Source of the DNA: an uncultured Lachnospiraceae bacterium
Lineage (GTDB): Bacteria; Bacillota; Clostridia; Oscillospirales; CAG-272
NCBI GenBank assembly: GCA_964525525.1
Contig: CAZGHD010000001.1
Span: 5,288-69,287, forward strand
Reading direction: 5' to 3'
Length of the DNA: 64,000 nucleotides
Notes under the pieces: generated by a model
Database searches by the model: none
What the model was told of the DNA's origin: nothing
What the model saw: the letters and a program-made list of their open reading frames with translations, nothing else
Translations under genes and position numbers: made by a program
Shown here: one piece after another, positions 54,088 to 63,530 of the stretch
Layout: each line of letters starts with the position of its first letter
How positions within the stretch are numbered: position 1 is the first letter of the stretch

Positions 54088-57000
54088 ATGAAAAACAGAA
54101 AGGCGGCAGTGCTTGCCGCAATACTGGCGGTAATATGCGTTTTCACCGCGGCGGTATACGCCGTCGGGGAAAACGAGGATTTGCCGGCTCAGCCTGAGAC
54201 GGAAAATCTCCTTGTGCTTGATTCCTTTGATATAATCGGCGGCGGTGCTTTTGACTATACTCCGTACGAATCGGTCGCGTTTTCGATAGAGCAGTACGAC
54301 GATTTTTCGATTGGCGGCGGCGAGATAACAAGCGGAAAGGGTCTTCTTCTTTCGCTTAAATCTACGGAAGAGACCGGCGAGACCGCTACTATCGGAATTT
54401 CGGGCACGGCTGCAATGGCGGTGAATCTGAAATATTATACCAACCTTTCCTTTGCGTTTGCATCAAGCTACGCGGCGGAGGGTAAGACCTGCAGTATCTC
54501 GCTTGAGCTTTCCGCGGGCGAAGAGAGCGTAAAATACAGCCGTAACTGCGTCTCAGGGCAGTGGACGAGCGTTGTATTCGATATATCCGACATCGTGTTC
54601 AGAGACAGGATAGACGCGATAAAGATAGAGGCGACCGTTCCGTCAGACCCGGATGCCGAGGAGGATTATATAAGACTTGAAACTCTCGCGGGCGGCGGAT
54701 ATATAGAGAAAGATATATACGATCGATTTATGGCGGGAAGCTATCTTAATTCAAAGGGCGAGGCTGCCCCGTTTGAGGACGGAAAGCTGAATTTCAGCGC
54801 GGAGAACGATCAGTTTCTTGATGCTGATCTTCCTGCGTTTTCGCGTCCGAACGTGAACGGAATATATTTTGAGATAGAAAATACGGGCGGCGTTGATACG
54901 CTTGTTTTTGAGTATATGATCGCAGGGGACAGTGGTTATACTGAAGAAAAACGAACCGAGATAAAGCTGTCCGCGTCTGATGAATTAAGGGTATATTATG
55001 CAAAACTGCCCGATATAGCGAGCGCGGTGCGCTGGAGAATATCGTCAAAGAACGGCACGGGCGAATTGGCTCTTCTTTCGGTGATGCCGATCGAGCTCGG
55101 AGCAGAGGCTTTCCCGAGTGTGCTCGGCACTACCTCGGGGGCAGTACTCAGTGACGGCGGAAAGTATCTTCGCGTTTCGGGAAGTATATCTTCCTCTGTC
55201 GTATCAAAGTACAGCGGAAGCAGGCTCGGGCTTTACGTTCTTGCACCGGGGACCGATATAGAAGCGATCGGAAACGGAAGCGTATCTCCGATAGCTACCA
55301 CGCCTATATCCATGGATTTTAATTTCAAAATACCGATAAGCGAGAGTTTTGAGATAGAGCTTTCAAAGAAATTCACCGTCGTGATAACAGACAGATACGG
55401 CGAAAACGGAGAGGTTTTGGTGGTGGGCGCACCGTCTTTCGTATCAAATCCGGGAGCGTTTTCCGGAAACGTGTCTGCCACGGCAAAGGATCTGCCGCAC
55501 GGAATCATAAGCGGAGACCTGTCCGACATCACCGCAACGGCGGCGGGTTTTACCGTTATTGACGTTGACCTTGACCGTCTTTTTGCGGACGGTAATTCCG
55601 GCGAGCTTCATAGCTCGGGCGGTGAGTACCGCTATTATAACAGCGATTACGTAGCAGAGCTCGATCATAAGGTTCGCTCACTTTACGGAGTTGAAGTCTA
55701 TTTTAGACTGATACAACTTGATTACGTTATAACCGAAGATCCGATAGCGCCGTTCGCTTTTCCGAACGTGTCAAGTGAGGCACAGGCATACGACCTTTAT
55801 ATGGTAAGCGAGTTCCTCGCAGGACGGTACAGTGGCGGTGCTTACGGAAGTATTCACGGTATAATAGTCGGACAGTATGCAGATAACGCGGCGCTTTACG
55901 ATAAAGATAACGTTGCTTATTCCGAATACGTCGCGGAATATGCGGACGCTTTGTGCGTTATAAGATCGGGCGCGGTGAGGGCAAATCCGAACGTTAAAGT
56001 TTTCGCGGCGTGCTCCGATTCTCTTGCAGTGTCTGACAGCGGGCACTCGGCACTTACCTTTATAGACGCGCTTTCGTATGAGATGAAGGAGCGCGGCGAC
56101 GGCGATTGGTACGCCGCGGTAGATAGCGAGAGAGCACAGACCGAGTCGAACCCCCGATATTTCACAGCGGCGAGCGCAAAAGCGTTTTCGGAATATCTTA
56201 TGTCAATATCCGCGCACTACTCATCTGGGTGCGACGGGATTATGTATATATGGCATCCCGACAGTACTATGAGTGACCCGACCGACAACTACGTATACGC
56301 TATGCTGACCTTTATGAAAAACACTAACGTTACCCGCTTTGCGGTGGATATCTTCGAGGCGGAGAACAAAAACGCGTTTACCGGCGTGCTTAACACGGGC
56401 TATCTCTCGGGAATCGAGCCGAGCGGCGTTCTCGCGGACGCGCTCGCGCGGGACTCGGCGGATTTTGTGTCTCTTATTTCTGAGTTTGCAAATACGAGGA
56501 TGAAGAAACAGCAGTTTGCGGCGTCTGATAAGGTAGCGGATTTCATCATCGGCGAGCATGCATATTTCGATTTCAACCAGCTTTACAGCAGCGGCGGCTG
56601 GTATCCTGCGGAAAACTGCGGGGCACTCACGAGTATCTTCTCGGGTGTGAGACGCCTTAACGCATCATTTGTTTCAAACGGTGCGGGCGGATATATGGCG
56701 ATGGGATACAGATTTGAATATCCCGAGAATATGAGCCTTGCTCCGTACGTTTCCTTTGACGTTGAGGTTCCCGAGGAGTACGGTGAGATAGACGTTACCG
56801 TTATCTTCGGCTCGTCCGGCGTTCGCGCAGAATATAATGCGACGGTCAGCGGCAGAGAAAAGATCGTTTGCGATCTCTCCGAGTTTGACGGCAGAGAACG
56901 TGTGGAATACATAAAACTTCTCGCGCTTGACAGAGGCGAGGATATAGATATGTCGCTTTACAGCGTCAAGGGGCACAGTGCGTATTATACCGACGAGTCT

Positions 57001-57162
57001 CTTGAGTCGGCAATCCTTGCCGAAAGGGAAAAGGCGAGAAACGAAACGGAGACCGAATATACCGTAAACCGTGCGCTTTTCGGTGTTGCTGTCGCGGTAG
57101 TTGCCGTGTTCTCTGTTTTGGTATTCCTTGCACTGAGCAGAAAAAGAACCGAAGAAGAATAA
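54088..57162 (+). CDS. Large (1024-aa) envelope protein with an N-terminal signal/anchor and a C-terminal TM anchor, unknown function
   Basis: N-terminal hydrophobic segment AAVLAAILAVICVFTAAVYA. C-terminal LFGVAVAVVAVFSVLVFLALSRKRTEEE. No motif I can assign. Confidence 0.55.
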   Translation: MKNRKAAVLAAILAVICVFTAAVYAVGENEDLPAQPETENLLVLDSFDIIGGGAFDYTPYESVAFSIEQYDDFSIGGGEITSGKGLLLSLKSTEETGETATIGISGTAAMAVNLKYYTNLSFAFASSYAAEGKTCSISLELSAGEESVKYSRNCVSGQWTSVVFDISDIVFRDRIDAIKIEATVPSDPDAEEDYIRLETLAGGGYIEKDIYDRFMAGSYLNSKGEAAPFEDGKLNFSAENDQFLDADLPAFSRPNVNGIYFEIENTGGVDTLVFEYMIAGDSGYTEEKRTEIKLSASDELRVYYAKLPDIASAVRWRISSKNGTGELALLSVMPIELGAEAFPSVLGTTSGAVLSDGGKYLRVSGSISSSVVSKYSGSRLGLYVLAPGTDIEAIGNGSVSPIATTPISMDFNFKIPISESFEIELSKKFTVVITDRYGENGEVLVVGAPSFVSNPGAFSGNVSATAKDLPHGIISGDLSDITATAAGFTVIDVDLDRLFADGNSGELHSSGGEYRYYNSDYVAELDHKVRSLYGVEVYFRLIQLDYVITEDPIAPFAFPNVSSEAQAYDLYMVSEFLAGRYSGGAYGSIHGIIVGQYADNAALYDKDNVAYSEYVAEYADALCVIRSGAVRANPNVKVFAACSDSLAVSDSGHSALTFIDALSYEMKERGDGDWYAAVDSERAQTESNPRYFTAASAKAFSEYLMSISAHYSSGCDGIMYIWHPDSTMSDPTDNYVYAMLTFMKNTNVTRFAVDIFEAENKNAFTGVLNTGYLSGIEPSGVLADALARDSADFVSLISEFANTRMKKQQFAASDKVADFIIGEHAYFDFNQLYSSGGWYPAENCGALTSIFSGVRRLNASFVSNGAGGYMAMGYRFEYPENMSLAPYVSFDVEVPEEYGEIDVTVIFGSSGVRAEYNATVSGREKIVCDLSEFDGRERVEYIKLLALDRGEDIDMSLYSVKGHSAYYTDESLESAILAEREKARNETETEYTVNRALFGVAVAVVAVFSVLVFLALSRKRTEEE

Positions 57163-57167
57163 TTTTA

Positions 57168-57199
57168 AAAACGGATACTCATTTTCGAGTATCCGTTTT
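57168..57199. terminator. Bidirectional intrinsic terminator
   Basis: 13-bp stem AAAACGGATACTC/GAGTATCCGTTTT with a 6-nt loop, between convergent genes. Confidence 0.75.
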
Positions 57200-57204
57200 G
57201 CTGT

Positions 57205-57570
57205 TTATTTAGGACGTCCGCGCGATACAAGTGCGGCGAGATAACCAAAGCACAGCGCGGCGGATATACCTGCTGATGCCGCGGAGATTCCGCCGGTCAG
57301 TGCTCCGAGCAGACCCTTTTCGGTTACAGCTTTCTTAACGCCGTCGGCTATAAGATGCCCGAATCCTGTGAGTGGTACTGCCGCGCCCTCGCCTGCAAAT
57401 TCAATAAGAGGCGCGTAAAGTCCGAGTGCGGACAAAAGCACACCGGCGCACACGTATCCAACGAGAATTCGAGCAGGGGTGAGCGAGGTTCTGTCTATCA
57501 ATATCTGTGCGACAACGCAGAACGCGCCGCCTACAAGAAAGGCGTAAACTATTTTTATAAACTGTTCCAT
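57205..57570 (-). CDS. spoVAE: Stage V sporulation protein AE (SpoVAE family)
   Basis: MEQFIKIVYAFLVGGAFCVVAQILID.. membrane protein of about 120 aa, directly after spoVAD. Start set at the ATG at 57570 (RBS AAGGAAGGA). The longer ORF overlaps spoVAD. Confidence 0.85.
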   Translation of the reverse strand: MEQFIKIVYAFLVGGAFCVVAQILIDRTSLTPARILVGYVCAGVLLSALGLYAPLIEFAGEGAAVPLTGFGHLIADGVKKAVTEKGLLGALTGGISAASAGISAALCFGYLAALVSRGRPK

Positions 57571-57572
57571 AT

Positions 57573-58652
57573 TCAGTCCTTCCTTTTGCCTTTTCCCGAG
57601 GAAATGTGAACGAGGTGGGCGATCCCGGGAATACTGCCGCCCTGCTGTACCGAGGCTGGGCTCATCAACGCACCAGTTCCGATTAAAAGAATATCGTGCG
57701 CCTTTCCCGATTCGATCAGCGGAAGAAACTCTGCGGCGAGTACCAGCGCGCTGCAAGCACATCCCGAACCGCCCGAATGCATATCCTGCGCGACGGGGTC
57801 GTATATCCTCAGACCGCAATCGGTGTAGTTTGGTCCGAGCTCAAGACCGTGGCGGCGGGTGAGAGTCAAAAGAAGCTCGCTGCCCTTTGAAGCGAGATCG
57901 CCGGTCGCTATAAAATCAAAATCTTCCGGGCGGTATTCGCTTTCTTCAAAATATCTTATCAGCGTGTCTGCGGCGGCGGGAGCCATCGCCGCGCCCATAT
58001 CGGTCAGGTCGCTGATTCCGCTGTCAAAAGAGCGTCCGGGGAGCGCCTCGGTTATATACGCGCCGGTGCCGTTCGAGCAGATTTTGTAGCTGTCCTCTCC
58101 GACGGTGACCACTCCGAGGCAGGAATCGGACACGATAAACGCGCCCGAGCCGGTTACCGTCCACTGTGCGCTTGGAGCGCGCTGTGCGCCGTACTCAAGC
58201 GGGGTGCGGAACTGTCTTTCTGCCGAGCAGTTGTGAGACGAGCATACCGCCGCGGCTTGTCGGAAAAAGCCTCCCGACACCGAGATAGACGCAAGAATCA
58301 GCCCTTCCGCGATTGTTGAACACGCGCCGTATATTCCGAAAAACGGAACGTCAAAGGACAGAAGACCGTAGCTTGAAGAAGTACACTGATTTATCAGGTC
58401 GCCCGCGAATATCGCGCCGAGCTGATCCTCGGGAATCGCGGCTTTTTTGAGCGCGCGTTCAAGTGCCATGCGCTGCATCTCGCCCTCTGATTTCTCCCAG
58501 CTGTCCTTGCCGAAACGGTCGGTGTTGTCGCTTATATCAAATTTTCCGCCGAGCGGCCCCTCCTCCTCGCGCCTTCCTGCAACCGACGCCGCAGCACGGA
58601 TAAGAGGCGGATTTTCAAATGTTATAAGTGATTTTCCCATTTCAAACTCCAA
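57573..58652 (-). CDS. spoVAD: Stage V sporulation protein AD (thiolase-like fold)
   Basis: Pattern FENPPLIRAAASVAGRREEEGPLG..FDI is typical of SpoVAD. Size about 340-360 aa. Confidence 0.9.
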   Translation of the reverse strand: MEFEMGKSLITFENPPLIRAAASVAGRREEEGPLGGKFDISDNTDRFGKDSWEKSEGEMQRMALERALKKAAIPEDQLGAIFAGDLINQCTSSSYGLLSFDVPFFGIYGACSTIAEGLILASISVSGGFFRQAAAVCSSHNCSAERQFRTPLEYGAQRAPSAQWTVTGSGAFIVSDSCLGVVTVGEDSYKICSNGTGAYITEALPGRSFDSGISDLTDMGAAMAPAAADTLIRYFEESEYRPEDFDFIATGDLASKGSELLLTLTRRHGLELGPNYTDCGLRIYDPVAQDMHSGGSGCACSALVLAAEFLPLIESGKAHDILLIGTGALMSPASVQQGGSIPGIAHLVHISSGKGKRKD

Positions 58653-58774
58653 CGTTTTATTTCTTTACATAATATTCGCAGGAACGTCTCGGAATATACG
58701 CGCAGTATTGAGTATTTACTTTTATTTGGAAGTGTGATAAAATTATATAAATATTAATTGATGTCGGAGAAAGT

Positions 58775-59707
58775 ATGAGCGGGAATATCGGATTTTTCGA
58801 TGAAACAGAAAAAATAAAACGCAGATATGCGGATTCAAAAGATGTTGAGCGTTTAAAAAACGATCTGCGCGGACTTCATAAAGAATACGGTGAATGCTAC
58901 GGTGCGGGTGACTATCTGCTTAACATTGGCGAGTCATATATAGACAGTGGTGACAATACGGCGGGATTTGCTTTTATAGAGGTAGTGGCGGAATGTTTTG
59001 CCCGTGTAAATAATATTACGCTGTTGTGTATGAGAATGGCGGAATACTGTATTGAAAACGGAGAAACGGAAAATGGCAAAGAGTACTTAATAAAACTTTG
59101 TACAAAGATAAGCAACTACGAGGAATCCATCGAATTTAACTGTTTGACTGGTGTTTGGAAAAAATATAACTTTTTGGTTGAAGGACTGATTCCACCGCCT
59201 GTATCTATTTACGGTCCGAGTTCCGATTGTGTTTTGCGTCCGCTTCCTGAAGATTGCAGTGTGCAGATCGAGGATATTTTAGCTTTGCCTGACTCGGATA
59301 TTCTTGACGAACTGTCCGTTCATTTGAACGAGCTGTCAGCAGACGGACAATATATTAAATTTCTTAACAAATGGGAAAAAACAGTTTTCTTTGTAGATGA
59401 ACTTTGTATCAGAATTAATTCCGGCGGGTTTGAAGAATATTTATCATATTCCGGAACACATTTTGAAAAGGCATATCAGGCGTTTGAGGTAACAAAAGAT
59501 GACGTGATGTTATCTATAATGGATAGTGTCAGAGCTAAATTTCCAAAAAATAAAATACCGAAATCATTAAACAGTATACAAAACGCAATAGAAAAAAACG
59601 GTATTGATTTTGATGATGCCGATTCTGCATTTTACAGCTCCGGGGTGAATTCGCTTATGTCTGCACTGACAGCTTTTGTTAAGGAAAACAAAAGAAATTT
59701 CAGATAA
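58775..59707 (+). CDS. Hypothetical protein with a C-terminal DUF4375 (DMP19-like) domain
   Basis: WEKTVFFVDELCIRINSGGFEEYLSYSG resembles the DUF4375 core as I recall it. The N-terminal half is helical. Visibly AT-rich gene. Confidence 0.5.
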   Translation: MSGNIGFFDETEKIKRRYADSKDVERLKNDLRGLHKEYGECYGAGDYLLNIGESYIDSGDNTAGFAFIEVVAECFARVNNITLLCMRMAEYCIENGETENGKEYLIKLCTKISNYEESIEFNCLTGVWKKYNFLVEGLIPPPVSIYGPSSDCVLRPLPEDCSVQIEDILALPDSDILDELSVHLNELSADGQYIKFLNKWEKTVFFVDELCIRINSGGFEEYLSYSGTHFEKAYQAFEVTKDDVMLSIMDSVRAKFPKNKIPKSLNSIQNAIEKNGIDFDDADSAFYSSGVNSLMSALTAFVKENKRNFR

Positions 59708-59772
59708 AAAATATCGGGTTAAGGTGTCTGTGTCATAAAATCTATTGGTAAATTATTCTTTGGAGACAGAAA

Positions 59773-60516
59773 ATGAAAAAGTTTAAGATTATTTTGTCGG
59801 TATTAACTCTTGTTTTTCTGCTTGTAGTCGCTTGTTCGTGCAGTGATACGGATAAATCGGTTGACGTATTAAGTGATATTACTTCCGTAACCGATACTGC
59901 CGTTGATACAACTATCTTTGAAGAGACTACGGAAGAAATTACAGAAAAAGCCACAGAAACAGAAGATAAAGTACCCGAAACTACCGCACATTTTCATCAG
60001 TTTTATGAGGCGACCTGTACCTCTCCTATAACGTGTATTACCTGCGGAGAGACAGACGGCGAAGCACTTGGACATCAGTGGAAGGGTGCGACGTGCGACT
60101 CGCCTGATTTATGTGCCAGATGCGGTGAAACTAACGGAAAAGAGATAGGACATAAATGGGGAGCCGCTTCATGTACCGAACCTAAAAAGTGTTCGGTGTG
60201 CGGAGATACGGACGGAAATGCTCTCGGACATACTTGGAAGAACGCTTCTTGTACCGAGCCTAAAACTTGCTTGGTATGCAGCGAGACGTCAGGGACTGCA
60301 ACGGGGCACAGTTATTCCGGGGAAAAATGTACGTCTTGCGGAGAGAAGAATCCAAGTTATACACCTTCTGCTGATGGAGAAGTTTGGATTCCCACAAGAG
60401 GCGGAAAGAAATATCATAAAACTGCGGACTGCAGCGGTATGATAGATCCTTTGTATGTTACGAAAGCTGAAGCGCTAAGCCAAGGCTTTGATGCGTGTAA
60501 ACGGTGCTACAAATAG
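59773..60516 (+). CDS. Lipoprotein with four tandem Cys-rich repeats and a C-terminal Cys/His motif
   Basis: Lipobox VVAC. Repeats follow the pattern C..P..C..CGET.G...GH.W..A. C-terminal GGKKYHKTADCSG...CKRC. Confidence 0.6.
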   Translation: MKKFKIILSVLTLVFLLVVACSCSDTDKSVDVLSDITSVTDTAVDTTIFEETTEEITEKATETEDKVPETTAHFHQFYEATCTSPITCITCGETDGEALGHQWKGATCDSPDLCARCGETNGKEIGHKWGAASCTEPKKCSVCGDTDGNALGHTWKNASCTEPKTCLVCSETSGTATGHSYSGEKCTSCGEKNPSYTPSADGEVWIPTRGGKKYHKTADCSGMIDPLYVTKAEALSQGFDACKRCYK

Positions 60517-60546
60517 TAGCTGATTCAGAAAAGGGGAATGTAAATT

Positions 60547-61968
60547 ATGAACATTAAAGATATAGGGTTCCACCGCATTTTTTCGAAAACCATGTACAAA
60601 AACTTAAAACTGCCTCTTTGGGAAATGACGTTTACTAAGGACTTCGTCAGCGACAAACGCGGAGATCTATATCCCGTTATAAACAAAAGCGATGATTGCG
60701 AGGAGAGCGTTGAGCATAATCGGTATAACGTAAAATCGGGCAGTGTCTCGCGCTTGGTCGGAAGTTTTTTTTCGTATGCAACGCAGGAGATTACTTTCAA
60801 CGCCAAATGCGGCTTATGCGGATTTGAATTCGTTCTTCCTGAAGGAAAAGCGTCCGTAACGTATAAAAAAGGATGCGTGGCTTTCTCTGACGGAAAAGCG
60901 GAGGAATCGGTTTTATATGAAAATGCAAGCGAACAGGTGACAATGATAGTTTCGTGCAGACCGGAAGCCTTTGACGTTTACTTTTTGTGTAACGGACAGC
61001 CTGAATATTTCCATACCTTCCGCTCGGCTGATTTTGAAAACTCCAATGATCAGAAGGTGTTTTCAAAAGGGTACGTTTCACTGCTTGCGGCAGACGGTGT
61101 GACGGTATGCGCCGTTTCTTCGTATATTGACTGCGGAATTTCACAGGCGGATATGCGTCCTATACGGTACGAAAACGGAGACGTTATATTTGAAAACGGC
61201 AAGGTGTTTTTAAGTCTGTCCGTCCGCATACAGGAAAAAATGTTCCAGGGTATAGTTTCCTGGGTTCCGAGTACGTCTGATTTTGAACTGACAGGAGCGC
61301 TTTTCTATGACAGCGGTGACGGAAAATGGTGCGGAGACGTTGCGGCGTCCATACTTTTTAATCGCAAAACAAACGAGTGGAATTTGTGGGTCTGCTCATT
61401 TTCTCACGGTCACGTTTTAGGTCACGCCGCGTTTGAGGGCGATCCACGTTTCGGCGTTAACGTTGTTGATATTAAACTTATGGACAAAGTGGGCAAAGAG
61501 TACGATGCTACTGAATTTTTGGGCTTTGAGGGTGATGAAGATCCCGATTTTTACTATAACGAGCAAGAAGACAAGTGGTATATGGCAATTTGCCGCATAG
61601 ATCCGTCGATAAACAGTTACAGGTATATGTTTTTTACCTCCGACAACCCGTTTGATAATTATAAATTCATAGGTCAAGGTTGCGACGGCGCGGAAACAGG
61701 CGGCTCGTTTGTTACTATTGACGGCGAAAAAGTATTTGCCTGCGGAAATTCATTTGAAAAAAGATCAGACTACCGCATTTATACCAAAGACGGTATGTAT
61801 AATCCCAAATTCGATTTTGATGACGGCGGTGTTCGCGGCTGGGGAACGATAATTCCGGTTAAAATGGGAAGTCGCACCCGTTATTTTTGGATGACGTTTG
61901 ACCGCCATAACGCAAGCTCGTATAATTGGAGTTACGGTAACGTCTATTGCTTTGAGGCGGAATTATAA
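60547..61968 (+). CDS. Hypothetical cytoplasmic protein, possibly a beta-propeller/glycosidase-like fold
   Basis: Long ORF with good coding character. No motif I can assign confidently. Confidence 0.5.
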   Translation: MNIKDIGFHRIFSKTMYKNLKLPLWEMTFTKDFVSDKRGDLYPVINKSDDCEESVEHNRYNVKSGSVSRLVGSFFSYATQEITFNAKCGLCGFEFVLPEGKASVTYKKGCVAFSDGKAEESVLYENASEQVTMIVSCRPEAFDVYFLCNGQPEYFHTFRSADFENSNDQKVFSKGYVSLLAADGVTVCAVSSYIDCGISQADMRPIRYENGDVIFENGKVFLSLSVRIQEKMFQGIVSWVPSTSDFELTGALFYDSGDGKWCGDVAASILFNRKTNEWNLWVCSFSHGHVLGHAAFEGDPRFGVNVVDIKLMDKVGKEYDATEFLGFEGDEDPDFYYNEQEDKWYMAICRIDPSINSYRYMFFTSDNPFDNYKFIGQGCDGAETGGSFVTIDGEKVFACGNSFEKRSDYRIYTKDGMYNPKFDFDDGGVRGWGTIIPVKMGSRTRYFWMTFDRHNASSYNWSYGNVYCFEAEL

Positions 61969-61988
61969 TAAACAGAGGTATTACGACA

Positions 61989-62657
61989 ATGAAAATTTCA
62001 TTTCTTTTCGATTTTGACGGAACACTGGTAGATTCAATGCCCACTTACGTTTCCGCAATGCTCCGTATTCTTAATGAAAATAATGTTAGTTATGACGACG
62101 ACATCGTCAAGATCATAACCCCGCTCGGTATGGCGGGAACAGCCGATTACTATATCAAAGAACTTGGACTAAAGCTTAGCAAGGAGCAGATCATTTCCTT
62201 GATGAAGGAATATATGCTTGATGCTTATCTGTACACTATTCCCGCTAAATCTAACGTCATTTCGGTACTAAAAAAGCTGAAACAGCAGGGCGCGAGCCTG
62301 AACGTTCTTACCGCAAGTCCGCACGTTACACTGGATGCTTGCCTCAAACGGCTTGGTATGTGGGAGCTTTTTGATAACGTTTGGTCGTGCGAAGATTTTT
62401 CTACAACAAAAGCAGACCCGCAAATATACGTCAAGGCGGCAGAAAAAATGAACACGTCTGTGGATAAGGTTCTGTTTTTAGATGATAATCTGGGGGCAGA
62501 TACTGTTGCCAAATCAGCGGGAATGCCGGTTTGCGGAGTGTATGATGAATCATCAAAGGAATATACCGATCAAATCAAGGCTGTTACCGATTGCTATATT
62601 TACGATTTTGAAGAATTGCCCGAGCTGGAAATCGTCAAAAACGGGTTGTCTGATTAA
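61989..62657 (+). CDS. HAD-IA family hydrolase
   Basis: FLFDFDGTLVDS motif I, LTAS motif II, LDDNLGAD motif IV. Confidence 0.8.
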   Translation: MKISFLFDFDGTLVDSMPTYVSAMLRILNENNVSYDDDIVKIITPLGMAGTADYYIKELGLKLSKEQIISLMKEYMLDAYLYTIPAKSNVISVLKKLKQQGASLNVLTASPHVTLDACLKRLGMWELFDNVWSCEDFSTTKADPQIYVKAAEKMNTSVDKVLFLDDNLGADTVAKSAGMPVCGVYDESSKEYTDQIKAVTDCYIYDFEELPELEIVKNGLSD

Positions 62658-62680
62658 TACTGAAATTATGTAGGTGCTTT

Positions 62681-63310
62681 ATGAAAAACGTATTACTGAT
62701 CGGAGACTCTATCAGAAGGGGATATGATGAAGCGGTTAAGAAGTCGCTTGAACCGTTTGCCTCGGTTTATTTTCCTTCTGAAAATTGCCGTTTTACTTCT
62801 TTTCTTCTGCGGTATCTTCATGAATATATGAAAATCGTCCCTGACGGAAAGATCGACGTTATTCATTGGAATGCCGGACTTTGGGATTGCCTGCGTATGT
62901 TTGGGGAGGAACCGCAGACGCCTGTAGATATATACGCTTACTATATCGACCGTATTTGTGTCCGTATAAAAAATTTAATCCCCGAAGCCACGGTCATATT
63001 CGCTACGTCTACGTCTGTAATCTCTGAAGAAATGGGTAAGGATTTCAAACGGTATAACGAAGATATTGAAGAATATAACAGAGCCGCGATTGCGGTCATA
63101 GAAAAATACGGATTTATCGTAAACGATCTTTACGCCACCTCTGTAAAGCTTCCGAAGGAAGCACATTCCGACCCCGTGCACTATTATACGACTATTGGTA
63201 CTGAAGCCTTTGCAAATCAAGTGATTTCCTATATTGCTCCCGCGCTCGGAATTACGGAAAAGGTTATCTATAAAGAGGAACTGTATAGTGATAAGCCTGT
63301 AGGAATTTAA
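62681..63310 (+). CDS. SGNH/GDSL hydrolase
   Basis: VLLIGDSIRRGY block I, NAGLWD block III, and DPVHY (the DxxH block). Confidence 0.8.
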   Translation: MKNVLLIGDSIRRGYDEAVKKSLEPFASVYFPSENCRFTSFLLRYLHEYMKIVPDGKIDVIHWNAGLWDCLRMFGEEPQTPVDIYAYYIDRICVRIKNLIPEATVIFATSTSVISEEMGKDFKRYNEDIEEYNRAAIAVIEKYGFIVNDLYATSVKLPKEAHSDPVHYYTTIGTEAFANQVISYIAPALGITEKVIYKEELYSDKPVGI

Positions 63311-63530
63311 GGCGGCAATAGGTCAAAACAAAGTCGTTATCCAATAAATAACCTCATAAATTGCGCCGGAGATTACAAATATCTTTGCTCCGACTCCGAG
63401 CACCCGTCCCTCTGCTTGTGTTAACTTAGGAGCAATTCGTTTGAGTAGTTTTGCACTAATAGAAAGTATGCGGCGCGGTAAAATAAAGTTTCGTACAAAT
63501 ACATACAAATACATAAAGGAAGTATAAGCT

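Noticed and set aside
58653-58774. Possible forespore (sigma-G/F-type) promoter upstream of spoVAD (GTATA..N17..GAATATTA on the minus strand)
   Set aside because: The match to the remembered consensus is partial and the region is AT-rich, so chance matches are likely. It is not reported as a feature.
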